A stretch of 63,883 nt of DNA, filler included, from Dugesia japonica (Eukaryota), in NCBI GenBank assembly GCA_001938525.1. It is 5 parts of 5 records of this genome, joined end to end, with 100 filler letters (N's around TTAATTAATTAA, not from the genome) between each part and the next. Parts side by side here need not be neighbours in the genome. Positions count along the whole stretch, not along the records: positions 55,689 to 63,883 come from MQRL01620420.1; 4 more parts are not named here. One strand, 5' to 3'. The notes under the pieces were generated by a model. That model was not told the origin of the DNA and ran no database searches. It saw only the letters and a list, made by a program, of their open reading frames with translations. Position 1 is the stretch's first letter. Each line of letters starts with the position of its first letter. Shown here piece by piece: positions 61,543 through 63,883 of the stretch. The position numbers were made by a program, and so were the translations under genes.

Positions 61543-63883
61543 ATGAATATTGGTTCCAAGAATATGTTTTCTAATATGCTTGAATTGTTTTGTGAAATCT
61601 GTAATCAAACGTTTAAGTCAGACTATCATTTACAAACTCATCTCAAAGGAAAAGCCCATTTAAGGAAAGTAGAATTAACTAATGCAGGTGATGTTTGGAG
61701 AAGATGTCATACATGTAACATAAACTTTGATAATTTAGTTAATTACAATAGACATATTAATGGACGTAAACATATTGAAAAGGTTGGTCAATTAGAAGAT
61801 AATCAAAATGATGAAGAAGAAGTTGAAGAAGAATTTCCAGTTAACTGGAATATCAAAGATTTATTTAGACAATATATTAAACCTAGAGGAGAATATCAAG
61901 TAGAAACATGTCAACAATCCATGATTAAATTGAAACAAGATTTCCTAGTTTATAGAAATGAAGAACAACCAGCTATAGAAAATATACATCAATTCAATTA
62001 TAGAATTAATTTTAATCTTTTAAAAGAATATTCTTCAGACATGAAAGAAATGGTTAATATATTTATTAACAAATTTCAAAAGGTAGCAGTTTCAATAACA
62101 TGTTCTACTGCATACACAAAAGACTTTGTTGGACAAGATAGTACAACTAATCAAAGATGGATAAAGGATTATGATGCACATTCAGAGAAAATAACAATGA
62201 CTACTCAAATTAATGATACGATTGACAAAATGTTGAATCAACTTTCGGAAGATATTTTCACAACAGAGACTCAAGGATCAGGTTGGTCATTTGAAAAGTT
62301 TAATTCTTTTACAATTGAACTATCAAATTATGAATCTCTAGTTGGCCAGCTAGCTGGACAAGGTTATTTTCCATTACCTAGTGTATGGAAAAATATTCGT
62401 GGAATTCTAAATATCAAGAATCCAGAAGGAGATTTCAACTGTTTTAAATATTGTATAATGGCTCATCTTGATCCTTCTCTCAATGATTTAGTTATAAATT
62501 ATCAATTTCAATCAAATCCAACTACTTTGAATCTAAATTGGAAAGGAATAACAATGCCAATGGAAATAAAAAATATAGCCAAGTTTGAAAGATTAAATGA
62601 TTTTCAAGTTAATATCTTTGAGGTAATTCCAAATAAAACTAGACCAACAATTCAAAAACTCTATTCATCTCACATTGAAACTAATCCCCATCACACAGTT
62701 AGGAAATGTAATTTACTATTTTTAAATAAACACTCAGGAGGTCACTACATTTTAATTAGGAATCTTAACAAGATTAATAAAAAATCTAATCACACTAATG
62801 AATTGTGTATAAACTGTATGAATTGGAAATCGAATAAAGAAGCTTTAATTAATCACCAATTACTTTGTTTAAAACAGAAAGAAGCAGTTATTAAATTTTC
62901 TTTTAATGATTCATATTCTTTTAATAAATTTTACATGAAAAACAAGAATCCTTTTACAATCTACTTTGATATAGAAACCTATAAACGAAAATCTAATGAG
63001 GAATCTAACGAGGAATCTAACAATGAATTAATTCCATTCGCTTTAGGATTATATCTAGTAAGTGAACATCCATTAGTTGAAAATATTTATCAATCTTTCA
63101 CAGGACCTAAATGCATTGAAAAGTTTATTGATTGGCTATTAAAATTTAATGAGTTATTTGAAAGATTAATTAATAAAAGATATCAATCTTTTCCACTAAG
63201 TGATCGAGATCTTGAGCTAGCGTCCAACGAAAAGTGTTATTATTGTGAGTCGAATACACCACAGTGTGACTCACTTTCAATAAATCCATGGACAGGAGCT
63301 AGTAGAAAATCATCTACTTATGCACATGAAAATTGTATCAAGAAATTTGAGAATCCAAAGAATTATTTCATTCCAGTTTATGCACATAATGCTTCTAAAT
63401 TTGACAATCATTTTGTTTTTAAGGAATTATGTAAATCTCATCCTGATAAAATAAATAATCTAATTCCATTAAATGATGATGTTTACATTTCATTTTCTTT
63501 AGAAAGATTAAGATTTCTAGATTCTTTAAGAATGTGTAGTGGTCATTCAGTTGAAAAGTTGGGTCAGGATTTATTAAAAAGTAAAAATCATCTTCATTTG
63601 GATAAATTAAATCTCAAACCATCAATAGGAATCTATCCATATGATTATGTAAGTGGAAAAAATTATTCTGAAGTTAAAAAGAAATTATTAAACTTTACTC
63701 CAAATATTAAAGACTTTTTCAATTATTACGACAATCTGAATTATCTGAATCTGATTATCAAACATTTCTAAAAGAATATTCAAATTTCCCCAACTTATTA
63801 GATTATACTCTACATTACATGAAACTTGATGTAATAATTCTAGCAGACTTTTTCGAGAACTTTAGGACTTTATCACTAGATAG
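61543..63883 (+). CDS. polB: Protein-primed family B DNA polymerase with two N-terminal C2H2 zinc fingers (frameshift at ~63727; runs off the window)
   Basis: CEIC..H..H and CHTC..H..H fingers; QGSGW, LNIKN..CFKYC, YFDIET (ExoI), AHNASKFD (ExoII), RFLDS, YPYDY; shifted frame continues YMKLDVIILADFFENFR (ExoIII). Confidence 0.95.

Larger units (their letters stand above)
55689..63883 (+). mobile_element. Polinton/adintovirus-like endogenous virus, nearly intact, truncated by the spacer and the window end
   Basis: Compact, intronless, co-oriented ORFs: ATPase, pX-like, KAGH-motif ORF, penton, adenain, two unknown ORFs, pPolB; major capsid, integrase and TIRs are not in the window. Confidence 0.93.

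Noticed and set aside
62990-63027. SNEESNEESNNE 12-nt tandem repeat in PolB
   Set aside because: Non-palindromic slippage repeat, unrelated to the palindrome family

Overview
Very AT-rich eukaryotic (animal) DNA. Tiny 41-51 nt introns and the TE content suggest a planarian-like flatworm, but that is inference. The window joins five sequence blocks with artificial 100-bp spacers (44N-TTAATTAATTAA-44N), so neighbours across spacers may not be truly adjacent. Host genes: a sigma-class GST (5 exons, including a 16-nt micro-exon), an Osa/ARID1-type gene (3' end not visible), and PUS1, which sits 1 nt downstream of a COX14-like small ORF (candidate dicistronic unit). Most of the rest is decayed mobile DNA: mariner, MULE/Phantom, hAT, Penelope, two Gypsy elements with fold-back LTRs, a NeSL-like non-LTR element and several Polinton remnants. 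The last 8.2 kb is a nearly intact Polinton/adintovirus-like endogenous virus (packaging ATPase, pX-like protein, penton, adenain, two membrane/coiled-coil ORFs, protein-primed PolB). Most notable: this element's genes carry many in-frame copies of a 12-bp palindrome (CCA-RY-TA-RY-TGG), and the copies in the frame that would create a stop have a mutated centre. GCGNAGC mini-hairpin motifs sit in its intergenic spacers. A decayed relative at 44.7-47.9 kb carries its own, different in-frame mini-hairpin insert. Together these suggest an undescribed cis-element or micro-mobile-element system overprinted on viral coding sequence.
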